64,000 nt of DNA from Centroscyllium fabricii (taxonomy: Eukaryota), in contig JBNRSN020000180.1 in NCBI GenBank assembly GCA_051313645.2, forward strand, positions 1,302,001 through 1,366,000, given 5' to 3'. Positions 29,701-43,900 of the stretch are shown in pieces (position 1 is the stretch's first letter; every line of letters begins with the position of its first letter). The notes beneath the pieces are model-generated. The model worked only from the letters and a program-made list of their open reading frames with translations. It did not search any database and had not been told where the DNA came from. The translations under genes were made by a program, and so were the position numbers.

Positions 29701-32700
29701 CATAATACAGGGGATGGTCAGTGATATAAACCCCAGGGAATGGGCTGAACCGGGTCATAATACAGGAGATGGTCAGTGATATAAACCCAGGGAATGGGCT
29801 GAACTGGGTCATAATACAGGGGATGGTCAGTGATATAAACCCCAGGGAATGGGCTGAACCGGGTCATAATACAGGAGATGGTCAGTGATATAAACCCCAG
29901 GGAATGGACTGAACTGGGTCATAATACAGGAGATGGTCAGTGATATAAACCCAGGGAATGGGCTGAACCGGGTCATAATACAGGAGATGGTCAGTGATAT
30001 AAACCCAGGGAATGGGCTGAACCGGGTCATAATACAGGAGATGGTCGGGGATATAAACCCGGGAATGGGCTGAACCGGGTCATAATACAGGAGATGGTCA
30101 GTGATATAAATCCAGGGAATGGGCTGAACCGGGTCATAATACAGGAGATGGTCAGTGATATAAACCCAGGAAATGGGCTGAACCGGGTCATAATACAGGA
30201 GATGTTCAGTGATATAAACCCCAGGGAATGGGCTGAACTGGGTCATAATACAGGGGATGGTCAGGGATATAAACCCCAGGGAATGGGCTGAACCGGGTCA
30301 TAATACAGGGGATGGTCAGTGATATATACCCAGGGAATGGACTGAACCGGGTCATAATACAGGTGATGGTCAGTGATATAAACCCAGGGAATGGGCTGAA
30401 CCGGGTCATAATACAGGAGATGGTCCGTGATATAAACCCCAGGGAATGGGCTGAACTGGGTCATAATACAGGGGATGGTCACTGATATAAACCCAGGGAA
30501 TGGGCTGAACCGGGTCATAATACAGGAGATGGTCTGTGATATAAACTCAGGGAATGGGCTGAACCGGGTCATAATACAGGAGATGGTCAGTGATATAAAT
30601 CCAGGGAATGGGCTGAACCGGGTCATAATACAGGAGATGGTCAGCGATATAAACCCCAGGGAATGGACTGAACCGGGTCATAATACAGGAGATGGTCAGT
30701 AATAAACCCCAGGGAATGGGCTGAACCGGGTCATAATACAGGAGATGGTCAGTGATATAAACCCCAGGCAATGGACTGAACTGGGTCATAATACAGGAGA
30801 TGGTCAGTGATATAAACCCCAGGGAATGGGCTGAACCGGGTCATAATACAGGGGATGGCCAGTGATATAAACCCAGGGAATGGGCTGAACTGGGTCATAA
30901 TACAGGGGATGGTCACTGATATAAACCCAGGGAATGGGCTGAACCGGGTCATAATACAGGAGATGGTCAGTGATATAAACCCAGGGAATGGGCTGAACCG
31001 GGTCATAATACAGGAGATGGTCGGGGATATAAACCCGGGAATGGGCTGAACCGGGTCATAATACAGGAGATGGTCAGTGATATAAATCCAGGGAATGGGC
31101 TGAACCGGGTCATAATACAGGAGATGGTCAGTGATATAAACCCAGGAAATGGGCTGAACCGGGTCATAATACAGGAGGTGTTCAGTGATATAAACCCCAG
31201 GGAATGGGCTGAACCGGGTCATAATACAGGAGATGGTCAGTGATATTATCCCCAGGGAATGGACTGAACCGGATCATAATACAGGAGATGGTCAGTGTTA
31301 TAAACCCCAGGGAATGGACTGAACCGGGTCATAATACAGGAGATGGTCAGTAATAAACCCCAGGGAATTGGCTGAACCGGGTCATAATACAGGAGATGGT
31401 CAGTGATATAAACCCAAGGGAATGGGCTGAACCGGATCATAATACAGGAGATGGTCAGTGATATAAACCCAGGGAATGGACTGTACCGGGTCATAATACA
31501 GGAGATGGTCAGTGATATCAACCCAGGGCATGGGCTGAACCGGGTCATAATACAGGAGATGGTCAGTGATATAAATCCATAGAATGAGCTGAACCGGGTC
31601 ATAATACAGGGGATGGTCAGTGATATAAACCCAGGGAATGGGCTGAAGTGGGTCATAATACAGGAGATGGTCAGTGATATAAACCCAGGGAATGGACTGA
31701 ACTGGGTCATAATGCAGGAGATGGTCAGTGATGTAAACCCAGGGAATGGGCTGAACTGGGTCATAATACAGGGGATGGTCAGTGATATAAACACCAGGGA
31801 ATGGGCTGAACCGGGTCATAATACAGGAGATGGTCAGTGATATAAACCTAGGGAATGGGCTGAACTGGGTCATAATACAGGGGATGGTCAGTGAGAAAAC
31901 CCCAGGGAATGGGCTGAACCGGGTCATAATACAGGAGATGCTCAGTGATATAAACCCCAGGGAATGGACTGAACTGGGTCATAATACAGGAGATGGTCAG
32001 TGATATAAACCCCAGGGAATGGCCTGAACCGGGTCATAATACAGGGGATGGTCAGTGATATAAACCCAGGGAATGGGCTGAACTGGGTCATAATACAGGG
32101 GATGGTCACTGATATAAACCCAGGGAATGGGCTGAACCGGGTCATAATACAGGAGATGGTCAGTGATATTAATCCAGGGAATGGGCTGAACCGGGTCATA
32201 ATACAGGAGATGGTCAGTGATATAAACCCAGGAAATGGGCTGAATCGGGTCATAATACAGGAGATGTTCAGTGATATAAACCCCAGGGAATGGGCTGAAC
32301 TGTGTCATAATACAGGGGATGGTCAGTGATATAAACCCAGGGAATGGGCTGAACCGGGTCATAATACAGGAGATGGTCAGTGATATAAACCCAGGGAATG
32401 GACTGAACCGGGTCATAATAGAGGGGATGGTCAGTGATATAAACCCCAGGGAATGGGCTGAACCGGATCATAATACAGGGGATGGTCAGTGATATAAACC
32501 CAGGAAATGGGCTGAACCGGGTCATAATACAGGAGATGGTCGGGGATATAAACCCCAGGGAATGGACTGAACCGGGCCATAATACAGGAGATGGTCAGTG
32601 ATATAAACCCCAAAGAATGGACTGAACCGGGTCATAATACAGGAGATGTTCAGTGATATAAACCCCAGGGAATGGGCTGAACTGGGTCATAATACAGGGG

Positions 32701-35700
32701 ATGGTCAGGGATATAAACCCCAGGGAATGGGCTGAACCGGGTCATAATACAGGGGATGGTCAGTGATATATACCCAGGGAATGGACTGAACCGGGTCATA
32801 ATACAGGTGATGGTCAGTGATATAAACCCAGGGAATGGGCTGAACCGGGTCATAATACAGGAGATGGTCCGTGATATAAACCCCAGGGAATGGGCTGAAC
32901 TGGGTCATAATACAGGGGATGGTCACTGATATAAACCCAGGGAATGGGCTGAACCGGGTCATAATACAGGAGATGGTCTGTGATATAAACTCAGGGAATG
33001 GGCTGAACCGGGTCATAATACAGGAGATGGTCAGTGATATAAATCCAGGGAATGGGCTGAACCGGGTCATAATACAGGAGATGGTCAGCGATATAAACCC
33101 CAGGGAATGGACTGAACCGGGTCATAATACAGGAGATGGTCAGTAATAAACCCCAGGGAATGGGCTGAACCGGGTCATAATACAGGAGATGGCAGTGATA
33201 TAAACCCCAGGCAATGGACTGAACTGGGTCATAATACAGGAGATGGTCAGTGATATAAACCCCAGGGAATGGGCTGAACCGGGTCATAATACAGGGGATG
33301 GCCAGTGATATAAACCCAGGGAATGGGCTGAACTGGGTCATAATACAGGGGATGGTCACTGATATAAACCCAGGGAATGGGCTGAACCGGGTCATAATAC
33401 AGGAGATGGTCAGTGATATAAACCCAGGGAATGGGCTGAACCGGGTCATAATACAGGAGATGGTCGGGGATATAAACCCGGGAATGGGCTGAACCGGGTC
33501 ATAATACAGGAGATGGTCAGTGATATAAATCCAGGGAATGGGCTGAACCGGGTCATAATACAGGAGATGGTCAGTGATATAAACCCAGGAAATGGGCTGA
33601 ACCGTGTCATAATACAGGAGGTGTTCAGTGATATAAACCCCAGGGAATGGGCTGAACCGGGTCATAATACAGGAGATGGTCAGTGATATTATCCCCAGGG
33701 AATGGACTGAACCGGATCATAATACAGGAGATGGTCAGTGTTATAAACCCCAGGGAATGGACTGAACCGGGTCATAATACAGGAGATGGTCAGTAATAAA
33801 CCCCAGGGAATTGGCTGAACCGGGTCATAATACAGGAGATGGTCAGTGATATAAACCCAAGGGAATGGGCTGAACCGGATCATAATACAGGAGATGGTCA
33901 GTGATATAAACCCAGGGAATGGACTGTACCGGGTCATAATACAGGAGATGGTCAGTGATATCAACCCAGGGCATGGGCTGAACCGGGTCATAATACAGGA
34001 GATGGTCAGTGATATAAATCCATAGAATGAGCTGAACCGGGTCATAATACAGGGGATGGTCAGTGATATAAACCCAGGGAATGGGCTGAAGTGGGTCATA
34101 ATACAGGAGATGGTCAGTGATATAAACCCAGGGAATGGACTGAACTGGGTCATAATGCAGGAGATGGTCAGTGATGTAAACCCAGGGAATGGGCTGAACT
34201 GGGTCATAATACAGGGGATGGTCAGTGATATAAACACCAGGGAATGGGCTGAACCGGGTCATAATACAGGAGATGGTCAGTGATATAAACCTAGGGAATG
34301 GGCTGAACTGGGTCATAATACAGGGGATGGTCAGTGAGAAAACCCCAGGGAATGGGCTGAACCGGGTCATAATACAGGAGATGCTCAGTGATATAAACCC
34401 CAGGGAATGGACTGAACTGGGTCATAATACAGGAGATGGTCAGTGATATAAACCCCAGGGAATGGCCTGAACCGGGTCATAATACAGGGGATGGTCAGTG
34501 ATATAAACCCAGGGAATGGGCTGAACTGGGTCATAATACAGGGGATGGTCACTGATATAAACCCAGGGAATGGGCTGAACCGGGTCATAATACAGGAGAT
34601 GGTCAGTGATATTAATCCAGGGAATGGGCTGAACCGGGTCATAATACAGGAGATGGTCAGTGATATAAACCCAGGGAATGGACTGAACCGGGTCATAATA
34701 GAGGGGATGGTCAGTGATATAAACCCCAGGGAATGGGCTGAACCGGATCATAATACAGGGGATGGTCAGTGATATAAACCCAGGAAATGGGCTGAACCGG
34801 GTCATAATACAGGAGATGTTCAGTGATATAAACCCCAGGGAATGGGCTGAACCGGGCCATAATACAGGAGATGGTCAGTGATATACACCCCAGGGAATGG
34901 ACTGAACCGGATCATAATACAGGAGATGGTCAGTAATAAACCCCAGGGAATGGGCTGAACCGGGTCATAATACAGGGGATGGTCAGTGATATATACCCAG
35001 GGAATGGGCTGAACTGGGTCATAATACAGGGGATGGTCACTGATATAAACCCTGGGAATGGGCTGAACCGGGTCATAATACAGGAGATGGTCAGTGATAT
35101 AAACCCAGGGAATGGGCTGAACCGGGTCATAATACAGGAGATGGTCGGGGATATAAACCCGGGAATGGGCTGAACCGGGTCATAATACAGGAGATGGTCA
35201 GTGATATAAATCCAGGGAATGGGCTGAACCGGGTCATAATACAGGAGATGGTCAGTGATATAAACCCAGGAAATGGGCTGAACCGGGTCATAATACAGGA
35301 GATGTTCAGTGATATAAACCCCAGGGAATGGGCTGAACCGAGTCATAATACAGGAGATGGTCAGTGATATAAACCCCAGGGAATGGACTGAACCGGATCA
35401 TAATACAGGAGATGGTCAGTGATATAAACCCCAGGGAATGGACTGAACCGGGTCATAATACAGGAGATGGTCAGTAATAAACCCCAGGGAATGGGCTGAA
35501 CCGGGTCATAATACAGGAGATGGTCAGTGATATAAACCCCAGGGAATGGGCTGAACCGGATCATAATACAGGAGATGGTCAGTGATATAAACCCCAGGGA
35601 ATGGGCTGAACCGGATCTTAATACAGGAGATGGTCAGTGATATAAACCCAGGGAATGGACTGAACCGGGTCATAATACAGGAGATGGTCAGTGATATAAA

Positions 35701-37770
35701 CCCAGGGCATGGGCTGAACCGGGTCATAATACAGGAGATGGTCAGTGATATAAATCCAGGGAATGGGCTGAACCGGGTCATAATACAGGGGATGGTCAGT
35801 GATATAAACCCAGGGAATGGGCTGAAGTGGGTCATAATACAGGAGATGGTCAGTGATATAAACCCAGGGAATGGAATGAACTGGGTCATAATGCAGGAGA
35901 TGGTCAGTGATATAAACCCAGGGAATGGGCTGAACTGGGTCATAATACAGGGGATGGTCAGTGATATAAACCCCAGGGAATAGGCTGAACCGGGTCATAA
36001 TACAGGAGATGGTCAGTGATATAAACCCAGGGAATGGGCTGAACTGGGTCATAATACAGGGGATGGTCAGTGATATAAACCCCAGGGAATGGGCTGAACC
36101 GGGTCATAATACAGGAGATGGTCAGTGATATAAACCCCAGGGAATGGACTGAACTGGGTCATAATACAGGAGATGGTCAGTGATATAAACCCCAGGGAAT
36201 GGGCTGAACCGGGTCATAATACAGGGGATGGTCAGTGATATAAACCCAGGGAATGGGCTGAACTGGGTCATAATACAGGGGATGGTCACTGATATAAACC
36301 CAGGGAATGGGCTGAACCGGGTCATAATACAGGAGATGGTCAGTGATATAAACCCAGGGAATGGGCTGAACCGGGTCATAATACAGGAGATGGTCGGGGA
36401 TATAAACCCGGGAATGGGCTGAACCGGGTCATAATACAGGAGATGGTCAGTGATATAAATCCAGGGAATGGGCTGAACCGGGTCATAATACAGGAGATGG
36501 TCAGTGATATAAACCCAGGAAATGGGCTGAACCGGGTCATAATACAGGAGATGTTCAGTGATATAAACCCCAGGGAATGGGCTGAACTGGGTCATAATAC
36601 AGGGGATGGTCAGGGATATAAACCCCAGGGAATGGGCTGAACCGGGTCATAATACAGGGGATGGTCAGTGATATATACCCAGGGAATGGACTGAACCGGG
36701 TCATAATACAGGTGATGGTCAGTGATATAAACCCAGGGAATGGGCTGAACCGGGTCATAATACAGGAGATGGTCCGTGATATAAACCCCAGGGAATGGGC
36801 TGAACTGGGTCATAATACAGGGGATGGTCACTGATATAAACCCAGGGAATGGGCTGAACCGGGTCATAATACAGGAGATGGTCAGTGATATAAACCCAGG
36901 GAATGGGCTGAACCGGGTCATAATACAGGAGATGGTCAGTGATATAAATCCAGGGAATGGGCTGAACCGGGTCATAATACAGGAGATGGTCAGCGATATA
37001 AACCCCAGGGAATGGACTGAACCGGGTCATAATATAGGAGATGGTCAGTAATAAACCCCAGGGAATGGGCTGAACCGGGTCATAATATAGGAGATGGTCA
37101 GTGATATAAACCCCAGGCAATGGACTGAACTGGGTCATAATACAGGAGATGGTCAGTGATATAAACCCCAGGGAATGGGCTGAACCGGGTCATAATACAG
37201 GGGATGGTCAGTGATATAAACCCAGGGAATGGGCTGAACTGGGTCATAATACAGGGGATGGTCACTGATATAAACCCAGGGAATGGGCTGAACCGGGTCA
37301 TAATACAGGAGATGGTCAGTGATATAAACCCAGGGAATGGGCTGAACCGGGTCATAATACAGGAGATGGTCGGGGATATAAACCCGGGAATGGGCTGAAC
37401 CGGGTCATAATACAGGAGATGGTCAGTGATATAAATCCAGGGAATGGGCTGAACCGGGTCATAATACAGGAGATGGTCAGTGATATAAACCCAGGAAATG
37501 GGCTGAACCGGGTCATAATACAGGAGGTGTTCAGTGATATAAACCCCAGGGAATGGGCTGAACCGGGTCATAATACAGGAGATGGTCAGTGATATAAACC
37601 CCAGGGAATGGACTGAACCGGATCATAATACAGGAGATGGTCAGTGTTATAAACCCCAGGGAATGGACTGAACCGGGTCATAATACAGGAGATGGTCAGT
37701 AATAAACCCCAGGGAATTGGCTGAACCGGGTCATAATACAGGAGATGGTCAGTGATATAAACCCAAGGGG

Positions 37771-37980
37771 TTATGTCTGGTTATGCATTTGTATGTCCAA
37801 CTGTATTAGATCTATATGCGTTTTTTTTTTAATGTGTATGTGTATGCATAGTTATTCATTATATATGTCTAGTTATGCATTTCTATGTCCCACTGTATAT
37901 GTTCTTTTTTGTGCTTTGGCAACATAGGATGTATCTTGTCATGCCAATAAAGCAATTTGAATTGAATTGAATTGAATTGA
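37771..37980 (+). mobile_element. 5'-truncated non-LTR retrotransposon 3'UTR with AATAAA and (ATTGA)n tail
   Basis: AT-rich 210-bp insert ending CATGCCAATAAAGCAATTTG(AATTG)4, with AATAAA at 37946-37951. It contains a 35-bp direct repeat (37772-37806 vs 37864-37898, 3 mismatches). Family not firmly assigned. Confidence 0.75.
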
Positions 37981-40900
37981 ATGGGCTGAACCGGATCATA
38001 ATACAGGAGATGGTCAGTGATATAAACCCAGGGAATGGACTGTACCGGGTCATAATACAGGAGATGGTCAGTGATATAAACCCAGGGCATGGGCTGAACC
38101 GGGTCATAATACAGGGGATGGTCAGTGATATAAACCCAGGGAATGGGCTGAAGTGGGTCATAATACAGGTGATGGTCAGTGATATAAACCCAGGGAATGG
38201 ACTGAACTGGGTCATAATGCAGGAGATGGTCAGTGATGTAAACCCAGGGAATGGGCTGAACTGGGTCATAATACAGGGGATGGTCAGTGATATAAACCCC
38301 AGGGAATGGGCTGAACCGGGTCATAATACAGGAGATGCTCAGTGATATAAACCCCAGGGAATGGACTGAACTGGGTCATAATACAGGAGATGGTCAGTGA
38401 TATAAACCCCAGGGAATGGCCTGAACCGGGTCATAATACAGGGGATGGTCAGTGATATAAACCCAGGGAATGGGCTGAACTGGGTCATAATACAGGGGAT
38501 GGTCACTGATATAAACCCAGGGAATGGGCTGAACCGGGTCATAATACAGGAGATGGTCAGTGATATAAACCCAGGGAATGGGCTGAACCGGGTCATAATA
38601 CAGGGGATGGTCGGGGATATAAACCCGGGAATGGGCTGAACCGGGTCATAATACAGGAGATGGTCAGTGATATAAACCCAGGGAATGGGCTGAACCGGGT
38701 CATAATACAGGAGATGGTCAGTGATATAAACCCAGGGAATGGGCTGAACCGGGTCATAATACAGGGGATGGTCAGTGATATAAACCCCAGGGAATGGACT
38801 GAACTGGGTCATAATACAGGAGATGGTCAGTGATATAAATCCAGGGAATGTGCTGAACCGGGTCATAATACAGGAGATGGTCAGTGATATAAACCCCAGG
38901 GAATGGGCTGAACCGGATCATAATACAGGAGATGGTCAGTGATATAAACCCAGGGAATGGACTTAACCGGGTCATAATACAGGAGATGGTCAGTGATATA
39001 AACCCAGGGCATGGGCTGAACCGGGTCATAATACAGGAGATGGTCAGTGATATAAATCCAGGGAATGGGCTGAACCGGGTCATAATACAGGGGATGGTCA
39101 GTGATATAAACCCAGGGAATGGGCTGAAGTGGGTCATAATACAGGAGATGGTCAGTGATATAAACCCAGGGAATGTACTGAACTGGGTCATAATGCAGGA
39201 GATGGTCAGTGATATAAACCCAGGGAATGGGCTGAACTGGGTCATAATACAGGGGATGGTCAGCGATATAAACCCCAGGGAATGGGCTGAAGCGGGTCAT
39301 AATACAGGAGATGGTCAGTGATATAAACCCAGGGAATGGGCTGAACTGGGTCATAATACAGGGGATGGTCAGTGATATAAACCCAGGGAATGGGCTGAAC
39401 TGGGTCATAATACAGGGGATGGTCACTGATATAAACCCAGGGAATGGGCTGAACTGGGTCATAATACAGGAGATGGTCAGTGATATAAACCCAGGGAATG
39501 GGCTGAACCGGGTCATAATACAGGAGATGGTCAGTGATATAAACCCAGGAAATGGGCTGAACCGGGTCATAATACAGGAGATGTTCAGTGATATAAACAC
39601 CAGGGAATGGGCTGAACTGGGTCATAATACAGGGGATGGTCAGTGATATTAACCCAGGGAATGGGCTGAACCGGGTCATAATACAGGGGATGGTCAGTGA
39701 TATAAACCCCAGGGAATGGACTGAACTGGGTCATAATACAGGAGATGGTCAGTGATATAAATCCAGGGAATGGGCTGAACCGGGTCATAATACAGGAGAT
39801 GGTCAGTGATATAAACCCAGGAAATGGGCTGAACCGGGTCATAATACAGGAGATGTTCAGTGATATAAACCCCAGGGAATGGGCTGAACCGGGTCATAAT
39901 ACAGGAGATGGTCGGGGATATAAACCCCAGGGAATGGGCTGAACTGGGTCATAATACAGGGGATGGTCAGTGATATAAACCCAGGGAATGGGCTGAAGTG
40001 GGTCATAATACAGGAGATGGTCAGTGATATAAACCCCAGGGAATGGGTGAACTGGGTCATAATACAGGAGATGGTCAGTGATATAAACTCCAGGGAATGG
40101 GCTGAACCGGGTCATAATACAGGAGATGGTCAGTGATATAAACCCAGGGAATGGACTGAACTGGATCATAATACAGGAGATGGTCAGTGATATAAACCCC
40201 AGGGAATGGGCTGAACCGGGTCATAATACAGGAGATGGTCAGTGATATAAACCCCAGGGAATGGACTGAACCGGGTCATAATACAGGGGATGGTCAGTGA
40301 TTTCAACCCCAGGGAATGTGCTGAACTGGATCACAATACAGGAGATGGTCAGTGATATAAACCCCAGGGAATGGGCTGAACCGGGTCATAATACAGGAGA
40401 TGGTCAGTGATATAAACCCAGGGAATGGGCTGAACCGGGTCATAATACAGGAGATGGTCAGTGATATGAACCCAGGGAATGGGCTGAACCGGGTCATAAT
40501 ACAGGAGATGGTCAGTGATATAAACCCCAGGGAATGGACTGAACCGGGTCATAATACAGGAGATGGTCAGTGATATAAACCCCAGGGAATGGACTGAACC
40601 GGATCATAATACAGGAGATGGTCAGTGATATTAACCCCAGGGAATGGACTGAACCGTGTCATAATACAGGAGATGGTCAGTAATAAACCCCAGGGAATGG
40701 GCTGAACCGGGTCATAATACAGGAGATGGTCAGTGATATAAACCCCAGGGAATGGACTGAACCGGATCATAATACAGGAGATGGTCAGTGATATAAACCC
40801 CAGGGAATGGACTGAACCGGGTCATAATACAGGAGATGGTCAGTAATAAATCCCAGGGAATGGGCTGAACCGGGTTATAATACAGGAGATGGTCAGTGAT

Positions 40901-43900
40901 ATAAACCCCAGGGAATGGGCTGAACCAGATCATAATACAGGAGATGGTCAGTGATATAAACCCCAGGGAATGGGCTGAACCGGATCATAATACAGGAGAT
41001 GGTCAGTGATATAAACCCAGGGAATGGACTGAACCGGGTCATAATACAGGAGATGGTCAGTGATATAAACCCAGGGCATGGGCTGAACCGGGTCATAATA
41101 CAGGAGATGGTCAGTGATATAAATCCAGGGAATGGGCTGAACCGGGTCATAATACAGGGGATGGTCAGTGATATAAACCCAGGGAATGGGCTGAAGTGGG
41201 TCATAATACAGGAGATGGTCAGTGATATAAACCCCAGGGAATGGGTGAACTGGGTCATAATACAGGAGATGGTCAGTGATATAAACCCCAGGGAATGGGC
41301 TGAACCGGGTCATAATACAGGAGATGGTCAGTGATATAAACCCAGGGAATGGACTGAACTGGATCATAATACAGGAGATGGTCAGTGATATAAACCCCAG
41401 GGAATGGGCTGAACCGGGTCATAATACAGGAGATGGTCAGTGATATAAACCCCAGGGAATGGACTGAACCGGGTCATAATACAGGGGATGGTCAGTGATA
41501 TAAACCCCAGGGAATGTGCTGAACTGGATCATAATACAGGAGATGGTCAGTGATATAAACCCCAGGGAATGGACTGAACCGGGTCATAATACAGGAGATG
41601 GTCAGTAATAAACCCCAGGGAATGGGCTGAACCGGGTCATAATACAGGAGATGGTCAGTGATATAAACCCCAGGGAATGGACTGAACCGGATCATAATAC
41701 AGGAGATGGTCAGTGATATAAACCCCAGGGAATGGACTGAACCGGGTCATAATACAGGAGATGGTCAGTAATAAACCCCAGGGAATGGGCTGAACCGGGT
41801 CATAATACAGGAGATGGTCAGTGATATAAACCCCAGGGAATGGACTGAACCGGATCATAATACAGGAGATGGTCAGTGATATAAACCCCAGGGAATGGAC
41901 TGCACCGGGTCATAATACAGGAGATGGTCAGTAATAAACCCCAGGGAATGGGCTGAACCGGGTCATAATACAGGAGATGGTCAGTGATATAAACCCCAGG
42001 GAATGGGCTGAACCGGATCATAATACAGGAGATGGTCAGTGATATAAACCCCAGGGAATGGGCTGAACCGGATCATAATACAGGAGATGGTCAGTGATAT
42101 AAACCCAGGGAATGGACTGAACCGGGTCATAATACAGGAGATGGTCAGTGATATAAACCCAGGGCATGGGCTGAACCGGGTCATAATACAGGAGATGGTC
42201 AGTGATATAAATCCAGGGAATGGGCTGAACCGGGTCATAATACAGGGGATGGTCAGGGATATAAACCCAGGGAATGGACTGAACCGGGTCATAATACAGG
42301 AGATGGTCAGTGATATAAACCCAGGGAATGGGCTGAACCGGGTCATAATACAGGAGATGGTCAGTGATATAAACCCAGGGAATGGGCTGAACCGGGTCAT
42401 AATACAGGAGATGGTCAGTGATATAAACCCCAGGGAATGGACTGAACCGGGTCATAATACAGGAGATGGTCAGTGATATAAACCCCAGGGAATGGACTGA
42501 ACCGGATCATAATACAGGAGATGGTCAGTGATATAAACCCCAGGGAATGGACTGAACCGGGTCATAATACAGGAGATGGTCAGTGATATAAACCCCAGGG
42601 AATGGACTGAACCGGATCATAGATGGTCAGTGATATAAACCCCAGGGAATGGACTGAACCGGGTCATAATACAGGAGATGGTCAGTAATAAACCCCAGGG
42701 AATGGGCTGAACCGGGTCATAATACAGGAGATGGTCAGTGATATAAACCCCAGGGAATGGACTGAACCGGGTCATAATACAGGAGATGGTCAGTGATATA
42801 AACCCCAGGGAATGGGCTGAACCGGGTCATAATACAGGAGATGGTCAGTAATAAACCCCAGGAAATGGGCTGAACCAGGTCATAATACAGGGGATGGTCA
42901 GTGATATAAACCAAGGGGATGGGCTGAACCGGGTCATAATACAGGAGATGGTCAGTAATAAACCCCAGGGAATGGGCTGAACCAGGTCATAATACAGGAG
43001 ATGGTCAGTGATATAAACCCCAGGGAATTGACTGAACCGGGTCATAATACAGGGGATGGTCAGGGATATAAACCCCAGGGAATGCGCTGAACCGGGTCAT
43101 AATACAGGAGATTGTCAGTGATATAAACCCAGTGAATGGGCTGAACCGGGTCATAATACAGGAGATGGGCAGTGATATAAACCCAGGGAATGGGCTGAAC
43201 CGGATCATAATACAGGGGATGGTCAGGGATATAAACCCAGGGAATGGACTGAACCGGGTCATAATACAGGAGATGGTCAGTGATAAAAACCCAGGGAATG
43301 GGCTGAACCGGGTCATAATACAGGAGATGGTCAGTGATATAAACCCAGGGAATGGGCTGAACCGGGTCATAATACAGGAGATGGTCAGTGATATAAACCC
43401 CAGGGAATGGACTGAACCGGGTCATAATACAGGAGATGGTCAGTGATATAAACCCCAGGGAATGGACTGAACCGGATCATAATACAGGAGATGGTCAGTG
43501 ATATAAACCCCAGGGAATGGACTGAACCGGGTCATAATACAGGAGATGGTCAGTGATATAAACCCCAGGGAATGGACTGAACCGGATCATAGATGGTCAG
43601 TGATATAAACCCCAGGGAATGGACTGAACCGGGTCATAATACAGGAGTTGGTCAGTAATAAACCCCAGGGAATGGGCTGAACCGGGTCATAATACAGGAG
43701 ATGGTCAGTGATATAAACCCCAGGGAATGGACTGAACCGGATCATAGATGGTCAGTGATATAAACCCCAGGGAATGGGCTGCACCGGATCATAATACAGG
43801 AGATGGTCAGTGATATAAACCCCAGGGAATGGGTTGAACCGGATCATAATACAGGAGATGGTCAGTGATATAAACCCAGGGAATGGACTGAACCGGGTCA

